A stretch of 64,000 nucleotides of DNA from Patescibacteria group bacterium (GTDB taxonomy: Bacteria; Patescibacteriota; Patescibacteriia; UBA9570; JAHJKD01): NCBI GenBank assembly GCA_043798935.1, contig JAZDOC010000002.1:20874-84873 (forward strand). The letters are read 5' to 3'. The notes beneath the pieces are model-generated. The model was given only the letters and a program-made list of their open reading frames with translations, searched no databases and was not told the DNA's origin. A program made the position numbers and the translations under genes. This document shows, piece after piece, positions 10,534 to 20,946 of this stretch. Every line of letters starts with the position of its first letter. Positions within the stretch are counted from its first letter, which is position 1.

Positions 10534-10562
10534 TTGACATAATTTAAGAAATCGATTAGGAT
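10534..10562 (+). promoter_or_regulatory. Probable sigma70 promoter of the 16S/tRNA operon
   Basis: TTGACA-17 bp-TAGGAT about 300 bp upstream of the 16S gene. Confidence 0.55.
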
Positions 10563-10724
10563 AATAAAGCGGTTAATTTTATCCGTTTTTACAATAAAAA
10601 ACTACAAACGCTGAAATTAGTTAGAAAGCAACTCTAAGGTTTACTGGATCTATTTATAGAACTATTCGGAAAGTACTTTTTAACTGATTTCAGGGTTTTT
10701 ATTTTAACCTTGAATTAGCTAGTA

Positions 10725-10756
10725 CTTTGACAACCAAATAAGTGACAAGAATTATA
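10725..10756 (+). other. 16S leader arm of the rRNA processing stem (pairs with 12418-12448)
   Basis: CTTTGACAACCAAA and GTGACAAGAATTATA are the reverse complements of TTTGGTTGTCAAAG and TATAATTCTTGTCAC in the trailer. Confidence 0.8.
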
Positions 10757-10854
10757 TCATATTCTTCAATTCTTTTGACGATTTTCTAAAAATCGTTTAT
10801 TTACAATAAATTCCGGTAACAATATCTCTTCACAGAATGTTGTTACTTTATTTT

Positions 10855-12340
<1,486 letters not shown>

Positions 12341-12585
12341 TAAGGAGTATAAAAATCCTGCTTCTTTAAAGAAGCAGCTGTCGCCAGTTTAGTTGTTTCG
12401 ACAATTATTCTGGGAGGTATAATTCTTGTCACCTTTTGGTTGTCAAAGCAACTGTGTATTTTTGCTGAGGCTGGATAATCCAGCCTTTTAAAATATTTAC
12501 AATCTTTGGTGTTTTTGGTAGACTATATCTTGTTTAAAATCAAGATATTAAAAATTGCTAATTGTAAAATTGAAAATCGTTATAC

Positions 12586-12659
12586 GGGCATATAGCTCAG
12601 TTGGTTAGAGCGCAGTCCTGATAAGACTGAGGTCCCTCGTTCGAATCGAGGTATGCCCA
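12586..12659 (+). tRNA. tRNA-Ile(GAT)
   Basis: Cloverleaf; anticodon arm CAGTC-CTGATAA-GACTG; TTCGAAT T-loop. Confidence 0.96.
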
Positions 12660-12666
12660 CTGGTGA

Positions 12667-12738
12667 GCCGCGGTAGCTCAGCGGTAGAGCAAGGGACTGA
12701 AAATCTCTGTGTCGGTGGTTCGACTCCGCCCCGCGGCA
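12667..12738 (+). tRNA. tRNA-Phe(GAA)
   Basis: GCCGCGG acceptor stem; loop CTGAAAA; GGTTCGACT. Confidence 0.96.
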
Positions 12739-12820
12739 CCTGAAATTATTTGATTATTAATTTTCAATTTAATAATCAACCCTCATCGAAAATTGTGAAA
12801 TTGAAAATTGAAAATTATAT

Positions 12821-12896
12821 CGGGGTGTGGCCTAGTGGCTAAGGCGTTCGCTTTGGGAGCGAAAGATCGAGAGTTCAAGTCTCTCCACCCCGACCA
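12821..12896 (+). tRNA. tRNA-Pro(TGG)
   Basis: CGGGGTG acceptor stem; TTCGC-TTTGGGA-GCGAA; encoded CCA. Confidence 0.95.
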
Positions 12897-12898
12897 TT

Positions 12899-12972
12899 GC
12901 GGGTGTCGTATAATGGTAATACCTCAGCTTTCCAAGCTGATGCCAGGGGTTCGATTCCCCTCACCCGCTCCA
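12899..12972 (+). tRNA. tRNA-Gly(TCC)
   Basis: GCGGGTG acceptor stem; TCAGC-TTTCCAA-GCTGA; TCCA end. Confidence 0.96.
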
Positions 12973-12975
12973 GAT

Positions 12976-13050
12976 GGCGTGGTAGCCAAGTGGTAAGGCA
13001 ACGGTTTGCAAAACCGTTATGCGTCGGTTCAAATCCGTCCCACGCCTCCA
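12976..13050 (+). tRNA. tRNA-Cys(GCA)
   Basis: GGCGTGG acceptor stem; ACGGT-TTGCAAA-ACCGT; TCCA end. Confidence 0.96.
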
Positions 13051-13084
13051 AAAAAACATCATTGAATATTTTAGTAGCATCTGC

Positions 13085-14590
13085 ATGCTTATAAATACAA
13101 TTAAAAAGTTTACCCAAAAAATTAATTTCAAATTACTATTGCTTTTAGTTTTAGCTTTAATTATTAGATTGGTAATTCATTCAATCCGCGATTTATGGTG
13201 GGATGAAGTTTTTACTAGTTACTTAGTTAATCAACATTGGTTAAAAATGTTCGATATAATTATTCGCGATGTTCACCCTCCTCTGTATTATATTTTTTTG
13301 AAAATTTGGTGCTTCTTTTTTGGTATTTCTCCGCTAGGTTTACGCTCCTTTTCGATACTATGCGGATTAATTTTAATTACTATTGTATATTCATTCATTT
13401 CAAAAATTACTAATAATAAAAAGATAAGCTATATTATAGCTTTTATTTTGGCAATCAATCCTTTTTTTGTCGACTATTCTCTGGAAGCTCGCCCTTACAT
13501 GCTTTCCACATTACTGGCTAGTTTAACTTTATATTTTTTCTATTTAGCTCTCACAAACCAAGCACTTAAAACAAAAAAATATTGGCTGTCTACCACTACT
13601 TGTCTGGGATTATTATTTTTAACTCATTATCTAACTTCGATGATCATTGCTATCTTTCTAATATTTATTTATATTTACTATTTTATTAATCAAACACGGC
13701 AAACAGTTAAACAAAAAATAATTCATCTTATAACAATTTCTATTCCGGCTGGGGCATTATTTTTCGCATGGCTTCCTGGTTATATTGCGCAATCAAAAAT
13801 TAGTGGCACACCACAATGGATTCCACAACTAGGTTTAGGCAGATTTGTTATTGCCACTTACGGATTTTTATTCGGTGTTTACAGTAATTATTTGGGCCTG
13901 CCCGGAGTGAGGCAGCTGCTTGCAAATAGTAATTCATCCTTTATAATCGGCGCTATAATATTAATATTAATTTTTATTGGTAGTATTGTTGTATTTAAAT
14001 CTAAAAATAATTATCTTAAAACAATCGCTTTGCTTTCCTTTTTGTTATGGATCGTACCGATGCTATCGTTGTTAACTTTATCGACTTTTAACATTACAAA
14101 TTTATTTGTAGAACGTTATGTTATCACCTCGGCTTTTTTCTTTATAATTTGCATTGCCTTAATCTTAAGTGTGATCAACAAAAAAACGCTTTATGCTATT
14201 GTGATTATCTATGCTCTGTTAATCGCAAGAATCTATATCACGGCTTACCCTATAAACCACGATTATACGCAAGTCGCCAGTTTCGTCCAACAAAATTTCA
14301 AAGTTAATAATAACAATGTTTATGTTACAGCCGTTAATGATTTTGAGATCATGAGATATTATTTAAGAAACACTGATATCAAAATCTATTTATACGATAC
14401 AAAATATAACTCGGTGAGTAATGCATATAATAATGAGTACGAAGGTTATAAAATTATTCAGCCCACTGAAATAGCTGTTAGTCCTGACGTACTACGATCC
14501 AATGATATTATTATTGCTAATAATAATATCAGTAATGTTCAATTTAGCAGTATTTATTCTTTTTATAACTGGAAAATTTTAACGAAATAA
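13085..14590 (+). CDS. GT-C fold membrane glycosyltransferase (GT39/PMT_2/ArnT-like), paralogue 1
   Basis: LWWDE, DVHPPLYY, LRSFS and YSLEARPY motifs; polytopic. Start moved to ATG 13085 because the ORF-track start overlaps tRNA-Cys. Confidence 0.9.
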   Translation: MLINTIKKFTQKINFKLLLLLVLALIIRLVIHSIRDLWWDEVFTSYLVNQHWLKMFDIIIRDVHPPLYYIFLKIWCFFFGISPLGLRSFSILCGLILITIVYSFISKITNNKKISYIIAFILAINPFFVDYSLEARPYMLSTLLASLTLYFFYLALTNQALKTKKYWLSTTTCLGLLFLTHYLTSMIIAIFLIFIYIYYFINQTRQTVKQKIIHLITISIPAGALFFAWLPGYIAQSKISGTPQWIPQLGLGRFVIATYGFLFGVYSNYLGLPGVRQLLANSNSSFIIGAIILILIFIGSIVVFKSKNNYLKTIALLSFLLWIVPMLSLLTLSTFNITNLFVERYVITSAFFFIICIALILSVINKKTLYAIVIIYALLIARIYITAYPINHDYTQVASFVQQNFKVNNNNVYVTAVNDFEIMRYYLRNTDIKIYLYDTKYNSVSNAYNNEYEGYKIIQPTEIAVSPDVLRSNDIIIANNNISNVQFSSIYSFYNWKILTK

Positions 14591-14617
14591 TTAAACTTTT
14601 AACTGCCCAGCGACACT

Positions 14618-16141
14618 ATGCTGAAAAATAAGATACAACAATCAATGAAAAAGATGAATGTATATTTATTGTTCATTGTAATTCTAGGGGCTTTGGTAAG
14701 ATTAGCAATACACTTCACTCGCGACCTCTGGGTAGACGAAATTTTTACGAGTTATTTAATGCAACAAAACTGGTGGCATATGTTTAGTATTATTATTCAT
14801 GATGTGCACCCGCCGTTGTATTATATTTTATTAAAAATTTGGACTTTAATATTTGGAGTGTCGCCATTGGCTTTGCGTTCTTTTTCTTTAATATTTGGCT
14901 TAGCATTAATAGTAATGATTTTTTATTTAATAAAATTAATCTTTAAAAATAATTTTCTTAGTTATAGCGCTGCTTTCATTTTTGCCGTCAATCCTTTTTT
15001 CGCCGACTATTCCATTGAATCTAGGACATATATGTTATCCGCTTTATTAACCTGTTTAACTATTTATTTTTTCGCACGTGCTTGGCAGAAGCATAAAGAA
15101 ATAGTTTTTAGCAAAAACTGGCTGTATCTATCTATTTGCCTAGGCTTATTATTTTTAACGCATTATGTTATATCTGTAATTATTGCTATTAATTTATTAT
15201 TTATTTATATTGCAGTATTTATTAAAAATCGTCAGCACAAAATTAAAAGTAATCTATGGTTAATCTTTAAAATCTCGATTATCCCAGCCAGTATTCTTTT
15301 ATTGTGGCTACCCGCATTTGTAACACAAATGAAATTAAATACTTCGGCTTATTGGATTCCAAAAATGCATTTTAGTCGATTAGCAGTTTCAACCTACGCT
15401 TTTTTATTTGGCGTACAAAGCAATGCCATGGGATTACAAAACGTAAGAAACATCACAAATCATTCGCCATCTTTAATTATTGGCGCATTTATATTAATAG
15501 TTTTATTATTAAGTGCGATTTTGATTATTAAATGTATAAATAAAGCACTTAAAGTATATACAGGGTTAGCTCTGGCTTGTTGGTTAATGCCAATAATTAT
15601 ATTTTTAGCATTGTCGCGTTATGATATTGTTAATTTATATATCGAAAGATATTTTATTACCTCAGCAGTTTATTTTTTAATTTATGTAATTTTCATTTTA
15701 AGTTTAATGAATAAAAAACTTGTTATGGCCATTATGTTCTTATATTTAATTTTAGTAGGAACAATATATACTACCGCTTATACATCCGATTTGCGCTACT
15801 CGGCTTTGGCCACTAAAATCAAAAATGAATTTAGCGCATCTGATAATATTTACTTTACCGATATGAGTGATTTTCAAACCATACGCTATTATTTACGTAA
15901 TACTAATTTTAATATTTATTTTTACGATGATCAATATAATTCCAGCCAATTCGCTTATGATAATGAATATAAAGGTTACAAAATTATTCAGCCCGCTGAA
16001 ATAGCCACTAGTATTACTAAGCCGCAACCTAATGATATATTTATTACCACTAATGAAATAGATAATATTCAATTTAATAAAATTTGTGCTTTCCGAGACT
16101 GGCAAATACTAACAAAACAGACTAATAATACAAACTTTTAA
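14618..16141 (+). CDS. GT-C fold membrane glycosyltransferase (GT39/PMT_2/ArnT-like), paralogue 2
   Basis: LWVDE, DVHPPLYY and YSIESRTY; colinear with paralogue 1 to the C-terminus. Confidence 0.9.
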   Translation: MLKNKIQQSMKKMNVYLLFIVILGALVRLAIHFTRDLWVDEIFTSYLMQQNWWHMFSIIIHDVHPPLYYILLKIWTLIFGVSPLALRSFSLIFGLALIVMIFYLIKLIFKNNFLSYSAAFIFAVNPFFADYSIESRTYMLSALLTCLTIYFFARAWQKHKEIVFSKNWLYLSICLGLLFLTHYVISVIIAINLLFIYIAVFIKNRQHKIKSNLWLIFKISIIPASILLLWLPAFVTQMKLNTSAYWIPKMHFSRLAVSTYAFLFGVQSNAMGLQNVRNITNHSPSLIIGAFILIVLLLSAILIIKCINKALKVYTGLALACWLMPIIIFLALSRYDIVNLYIERYFITSAVYFLIYVIFILSLMNKKLVMAIMFLYLILVGTIYTTAYTSDLRYSALATKIKNEFSASDNIYFTDMSDFQTIRYYLRNTNFNIYFYDDQYNSSQFAYDNEYKGYKIIQPAEIATSITKPQPNDIFITTNEIDNIQFNKICAFRDWQILTKQTNNTNF

Positions 16142-16220
16142 AACACCGGCTTTTCCACCAATTGGATTATATTGACTAAATAGATAAAATCGTATAATAT
16201 ACCATTTGTCTATTGTTTAT

Positions 16221-16295
16221 GCGGGTATCGTATAGTGGCTATTATACATCCTTGCCAAGGATGAAAGGCGGGTTCAATTCCCGCTACCCGCTCCA
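16221..16295 (+). tRNA. tRNA-Gly(GCC)
   Basis: GCGGGTA acceptor stem; CATCC-TTGCCAA-GGATG; TCCA end. Confidence 0.95.
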
Positions 16296-16326
16296 AAAAA
16301 ATCACGGTTTATTATCGTGTTTTTTG
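16296..16326. terminator. Probable bidirectional intrinsic terminator
   Basis: A-tract, CACGGT/ATCGTG stem and T-tract between tRNA-Gly and the convergent gene. Confidence 0.55.
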
Positions 16327-16344
16327 TTTTATCAATTTTACTAA

Positions 16345-17055
16345 TTACATCTTCTGTGATAACCCTAAATCTTTTTTAACGGTTTCATATTCAGCATATA
16401 ATAATTCTAAATACTGATTGCGCTTGGCTCTGTCTCTTACTGAAGAGTGGATTAAATCTTCAATATTATCATATATGGTTTTTATCATATGATCAACAAA
16501 AGCTTGATAATATGATTCGCCATTATATTGCACTTGCTCTTTAGCCACGATATTATCGGTATCGCCGATATAAAAATCCATTTTCCGGGATTTAGGATTA
16601 TAAAAATACATTAAACAATCATCAGCAAAGCCGATATCATGCTCATATGCTAACCGCACTTGCGCAAATAATTGTTTAACAAAATCTACAAAATTATCAA
16701 TAGAGTGCATTTCTATACTTCCTTGTTTACCACTGTCAACCTCTTTCTGGCCATCATTATCGGCCGGTGTCATCAAAATGCTATTTCTTTCTTTGTTTAA
16801 TCTGTATGTCGGAAAAACTTTTAATCCGGCATCTTTTGCTAACTGATATTTCTCTTGCGCGCGTTCAGCGTCGCCATCGTCAAAAAATCTTTTTTCATAA
16901 AAATCCATTACCTGCCCGCGATATTCAATTTGCACTTTATAAAGTTCACCAAATTGACCGCGTTTACCGGTCCGACGTTCTTTAAGAAGGTCAATTTGAC
17001 ATTCTCTCCTGCCGCCAGTCTTAGCAAAAAGCACTAATTTAGGTTCGCCATTCAT
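16345..17055 (-). CDS. Hypothetical protein, possible protein-kinase-like fold
   Basis: GKRGQFGELYK Gly-rich loop, FYEK lysine strand, GLKVFPTY and YIGDTD; catalytic loop is non-canonical. Confidence 0.6.
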   Translation of the reverse strand: MNGEPKLVLFAKTGGRRECQIDLLKERRTGKRGQFGELYKVQIEYRGQVMDFYEKRFFDDGDAERAQEKYQLAKDAGLKVFPTYRLNKERNSILMTPADNDGQKEVDSGKQGSIEMHSIDNFVDFVKQLFAQVRLAYEHDIGFADDCLMYFYNPKSRKMDFYIGDTDNIVAKEQVQYNGESYYQAFVDHMIKTIYDNIEDLIHSSVRDRAKRNQYLELLYAEYETVKKDLGLSQKM

Positions 17056-17134
17056 AATTATATTTTTTAAATTACAGCATATCTATTTTAATAGTATAGA
17101 TGCAGGACGTCAATAAATATGCTAATATGTTTTT

Positions 17135-17599
17135 ATGAAAAATAATCAGTTTGATATAATTTTATACAATGTCAGATCTCGTTTTAATGTAGGATCTGTT
17201 TTTAGGACTGCCGATGGCGCCGGAGTTAATAAAATTTATCTGGGCGGAATCACGCCGACACCACCGCACTCGCGAATTGCAAAAGTTGCATTAGGAGCCG
17301 AAAATTTTGTGGCCTGGGAACAATGCAAACAAACTTGGCGTTTAATCGAAAAATTAAAAAAACAAGGCGTTTATATTATGGCCGTTGAACAAACGAAAAA
17401 GAGTATCGATTATCATAAATTTAAACCACAGTTTCCCTGTGCCATAGTTATGGGAAGTGAAACCAAGGGGCTACCACCACAAATATTAAAAAGATGCAAT
17501 GCTTTTATAGAAATTCCCATGCACGGCCAAAAGGAATCATTAAATGTAGCTACTGCTTGTGGTATAATTGCTTTTGAGCTGGCTAAATATACTGAATAA
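17135..17599 (+). CDS. SpoU/TrmH family RNA methyltransferase
   Basis: NVRSRFNVGSVFRTAD, MGSETKG and IPMHGQKESLNVA. Confidence 0.93.
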   Translation: MKNNQFDIILYNVRSRFNVGSVFRTADGAGVNKIYLGGITPTPPHSRIAKVALGAENFVAWEQCKQTWRLIEKLKKQGVYIMAVEQTKKSIDYHKFKPQFPCAIVMGSETKGLPPQILKRCNAFIEIPMHGQKESLNVATACGIIAFELAKYTE

Positions 17600-17614
17600 T
17601 TAATTTACTATTAT

Positions 17615-18793
17615 ATGCATCATGAAGGAGAATCAAAAAAAGAGATAGCTGAAAGGACAAGCCGCTATAATAAAGACGGTTTAACAGTTGAAAGAATGCA
17701 AGAGATAATCGCGGAAATACTAACAATGAAAAAGGCTAATGATGCTGTTATTAATGGTAATGCTCCCGAAGCATCAAGAACTAGAATGGCGCCAGAGCAA
17801 GACATTTATTATACTCAACCCTCTGATCCACTGCGCTTAATGCAAGACGTTTTATCACAACCAGAATATTCGTTAGAAGGCAAAAAAGTTCTAACAGTTG
17901 CCGGCAGCGGTGATTTGCCATTATTTTTCTTAAGCATGGGGGCAGAACAAACAGATGCTTTTGATATTTCGGCTATTGCTTGTGTAATGACTGAAGCAAA
18001 GCTAACTGCTATAAAAAGCGACTGTCTTTCTTTGGAACAATATTCAGACATGTTTAAAATTCCAGACCTGTCAAATTTAGATGAACCTGAAAATCTGGAA
18101 ACAGCGCGTGTTTTTTTCCAAGCAGATAATTACGATGCGCTTGAACCGCTGCTGACGCCTCAAGCAAAACAATTTCTGCAATTAGCCACTGATCCGGAAA
18201 CACGAACATTATTGTTTTCTTACGACATGGAAAACATGGGTATGCCATATGAAGTATTTCGCGATCGGCAATACATGGGTGGCATTAAACTAGCTGACAT
18301 CATTCCTCTGCTCAGTAATCCGGAATTATTCGCAAAATACCAAAAATCTTTGCAGCGCCAAAGAAGCAGAATCAGAAAAAAAAGTTTATTCCATATGACT
18401 CGTCGTGATTTAGCTCCATATGATTATGTATTCGTCAGCAATATAGGCTTTGATAAAGCTAGCATTATTTTTGATCTAAAAAATATGTTGATGAAAGGGG
18501 TAAAAAGAATTGGTTTTACTATCCAAGCCGGTGGCCAACACAGGCAGGAAAATAAAAATATCATGGTAAATTGGAACGGCGAAGCATTGCCAGCTAACGA
18601 ACAACCAGTAAAAAATAATCAGCCTATAATTAATATGCTGGATCAAGATTTAATTCCCGGAACAACAGTCGAAATGTTTGGTGTGAATATAAGAATTTTA
18701 TGCCATGATAGTTCTTCGCCTACTATACCAGTTTATGCTGAAATGCGTGCTGAAGACAATGAGCATTTATTTTCAAAACAAAAAACTACTTAA
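17615..18793 (+). CDS. DUF3419/BtaA-like SAM-dependent transferase
   Basis: KVLTVAGSGD...GA...FDIS...K..AI and YDYVFVSNI match my recollection of DUF3419 motifs. Confidence 0.6.
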   Translation: MHHEGESKKEIAERTSRYNKDGLTVERMQEIIAEILTMKKANDAVINGNAPEASRTRMAPEQDIYYTQPSDPLRLMQDVLSQPEYSLEGKKVLTVAGSGDLPLFFLSMGAEQTDAFDISAIACVMTEAKLTAIKSDCLSLEQYSDMFKIPDLSNLDEPENLETARVFFQADNYDALEPLLTPQAKQFLQLATDPETRTLLFSYDMENMGMPYEVFRDRQYMGGIKLADIIPLLSNPELFAKYQKSLQRQRSRIRKKSLFHMTRRDLAPYDYVFVSNIGFDKASIIFDLKNMLMKGVKRIGFTIQAGGQHRQENKNIMVNWNGEALPANEQPVKNNQPIINMLDQDLIPGTTVEMFGVNIRILCHDSSSPTIPVYAEMRAEDNEHLFSKQKTT

Positions 18794-19469
18794 TAACAAT
18801 CGGCGCTAAAAAAGTTTTAGCCTGCCAATATAAACACTTACTTGGCGGGTTTACATCAACAATTTTACTGAATATATTTTCGTTGGCAAAACCAGCATTT
18901 AATAATGCTTGCCTCTGTGCTTTACTATAATCTTTGGCTTCATCTGAATAATAAGTAAAAACTCCACCACTTTTTAATTTTTTAAAAGCCACGGGAAAAA
19001 ATTTCCAATTATCTTTATGTAATTCTTTAGCAGATAACGGATACGTATCGCACAAAATTCCATCAATACTGTCATCTAGTATCTGATCAATTACTTCCTG
19101 CCAAAAACCCTCTAAAATATAGGTGCGATTTTTAGCATTACAGGCAAACTCTCTGGCTCTTTCGGCCACAGAGTGATTGGCTTCAATAATAATATGTTTG
19201 TAAACATCGGCTTCGTCGATATATTCAGCCGCAATACCCATACCAAACCCAACTTCAATAATAACTCCATTATGGCTAGTGGCAATTTTCGCCAAAGTGC
19301 GCATGTACGGACGCTCCCATTCTTCAATCACAGGTTGATTATAAATGGATAATTTATTATTGCTATAAATAGCCGGTAATTTTTTCCAGTCTTGTTTTTG
19401 GCGTGGAAAACCAATATTAACTCGAGCTGTACGAGTATCTTTATTGTCCTGTAATTTTTTTGAGGGCAT
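18786..19469 (-). CDS. Guanidinoacetate N-methyltransferase-like (GAMT/RMT2 class) SAM methyltransferase
   Basis: PVIEEWERPYM, EVGFGMGI, HIIIEAN, GFWQEV, DGILCDTYPLS and LKSGGVFTY follow GAMT motif order. Confidence 0.85.
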   Translation of the reverse strand: MPSKKLQDNKDTRTARVNIGFPRQKQDWKKLPAIYSNNKLSIYNQPVIEEWERPYMRTLAKIATSHNGVIIEVGFGMGIAAEYIDEADVYKHIIIEANHSVAERAREFACNAKNRTYILEGFWQEVIDQILDDSIDGILCDTYPLSAKELHKDNWKFFPVAFKKLKSGGVFTYYSDEAKDYSKAQRQALLNAGFANENIFSKIVDVNPPSKCLYWQAKTFLAPIVIK

Positions 19470-19520
19470 AAATAACGTTAATTATTACCCAACGGCTTTT
19501 AATAATATTTAAATTAGTTG

Positions 19521-19605
19521 TGCCGCGGGAGAGAATCGAACTCTCACGGGTTTTAAGCCCATTGGATTTTAAGTCCAACGTGTATACCAGTTTCACCACC
19601 GCGGC
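19521..19605 (-). tRNA. tRNA-Leu(TAA)
   Basis: Minus strand: GCCGCGG acceptor stem; TTGGA-CTTAAAA-TCCAA; long variable arm. Confidence 0.94.
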
Positions 19606-19657
19606 GTTTATTTTTCAATTAAACACAAATTATATTTTACTGAATTTTACAGAATTG

Positions 19658-20437
19658 TCAAATCTTTTTAGCTTTGATAATTTGCAATATTTTACTATGA
19701 ACTTTTTTGTTGGAAGCTACAAGGCCATTATAAGCGATGCGCCGAGGATCACCATGAAAGTCCGTCACTTTACCGCCAGCCTCTTTAACCATTAGCACTC
19801 CGGCGGCGACGTCCCATATTCTGACCGGTGGAGTGATAATTTGTGCCTCTACTCTGCCAGCAGCCACAAATGCTAACTCGAGGGCTGAAGAACCAAAATG
19901 ACGCATAGAACGAGCTTCAAATTCAAACTGCTGATAGGCGGCAACAGCCCGCCGCAATGAACTTTTATCATGTGAGTATGCGAAAGTAAGAAAAGAATCG
20001 CGTAAATTTCCTTCGTTTGAAACGTGCATTCTTTCTTCATTGCGATAAGCGCCTTTTCCCTTTTCAGCCACAAATAATTCGCGTGTATATGGTGCGTATA
20101 TTAAACCTAAAATTGGTTCACCCTTTTTTAATAAAGCTAAAGTTATACAAAAATAGGTATGGCGCATAATATAATTTGTTGTACCGTCTAGTGGATCGAT
20201 CACCCACATGTAATCACTATTTTTCTTTTTACGGAAGCCCTCTTCTTCAGATAAAATTGAGTAGTCTGGAAATGCTTCTTTAATTTTACGTACCATAAAT
20301 TTATCGACATCTAAATCACTCTTAGTGACCAGCTCTCTTTTTTTCTTAAAACGAATTTGTTCGGGTTGTAATTTCCGAAAATCTCTCATCAATATATTAC
20401 CTGCTCTTAAAACTAACCCCACGGCAAACTCTTTCAT
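19658..20437 (-). CDS. suhB: Inositol monophosphatase family protein
   Basis: WVIDPLDGTTNY, GSSALELAFVAAG and WDVAAG. Confidence 0.92.
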   Translation of the reverse strand: MKEFAVGLVLRAGNILMRDFRKLQPEQIRFKKKRELVTKSDLDVDKFMVRKIKEAFPDYSILSEEEGFRKKKNSDYMWVIDPLDGTTNYIMRHTYFCITLALLKKGEPILGLIYAPYTRELFVAEKGKGAYRNEERMHVSNEGNLRDSFLTFAYSHDKSSLRRAVAAYQQFEFEARSMRHFGSSALELAFVAAGRVEAQIITPPVRIWDVAAGVLMVKEAGGKVTDFHGDPRRIAYNGLVASNKKVHSKILQIIKAKKI

Positions 20438-20928
20438 AAATTATAAAATTTTACTTGATCTTGTTTGGTATCGTAAACGGCTAGCGATGGCGTTGAAAAA
20501 ACGCCACCGGCTGAACCGGGATTAATTAATAAATAATTGTCTTGTCGAAGCTCTTTGATTTCATGCGTATGCCCATAACACAAAATTTTATAATTATCAT
20601 CTTTTTCAGACAACGCCATCACTTCTTCTATCTGGTGACTAACATAAAATGTTTTATCGTCAATTTTTATTTGGGCATGAAAGTCATATTCTTTAATTTG
20701 CGCATATTTAGAAGCTAACATTTTCATGGATTCGATATCAGTATCCATGTTGCCAAATATTATATAAAGATCGCCAATATATTCTTTGGCAATTTTATCG
20801 AGCGTTTTAACAGTGCAAATATCACCAGCAATAATGAGCTGGTTAATCTTATTTTGTTTTAAAAGATTATTAATTTTTCGCCAATTTACTATATTATCGT
20901 GTAAATCAGCCATGATTGCTACTTGCAT
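20434..20928 (-). CDS. YfcE/MJ0936-type metallophosphoesterase
   Basis: ADLHDN, AGD, GNMD, GHTH and INPGS. Confidence 0.9.
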   Translation of the reverse strand: MQVAIMADLHDNIVNWRKINNLLKQNKINQLIIAGDICTVKTLDKIAKEYIGDLYIIFGNMDTDIESMKMLASKYAQIKEYDFHAQIKIDDKTFYVSHQIEEVMALSEKDDNYKILCYGHTHEIKELRQDNYLLINPGSAGGVFSTPSLAVYDTKQDQVKFYNL

Positions 20929-20946
20929 ATTAGTAATAATTATACT

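Noticed and set aside
12808-13117. Short ORFs over the tRNA cluster and the extended GT start at 13019
   Set aside because: They overlap clear tRNA cloverleaves.
19520-19795. ORF 19520-19795 (+)
   Set aside because: Antisense to tRNA-Leu and the suhB 3' end.
19658-20437. Alternative genetic code (TGA=Gly, as in Gracilibacteria/SR1)
   Set aside because: suhB and the yfcE-like gene end at TGA at expected lengths, and long genes are intact under code 11.
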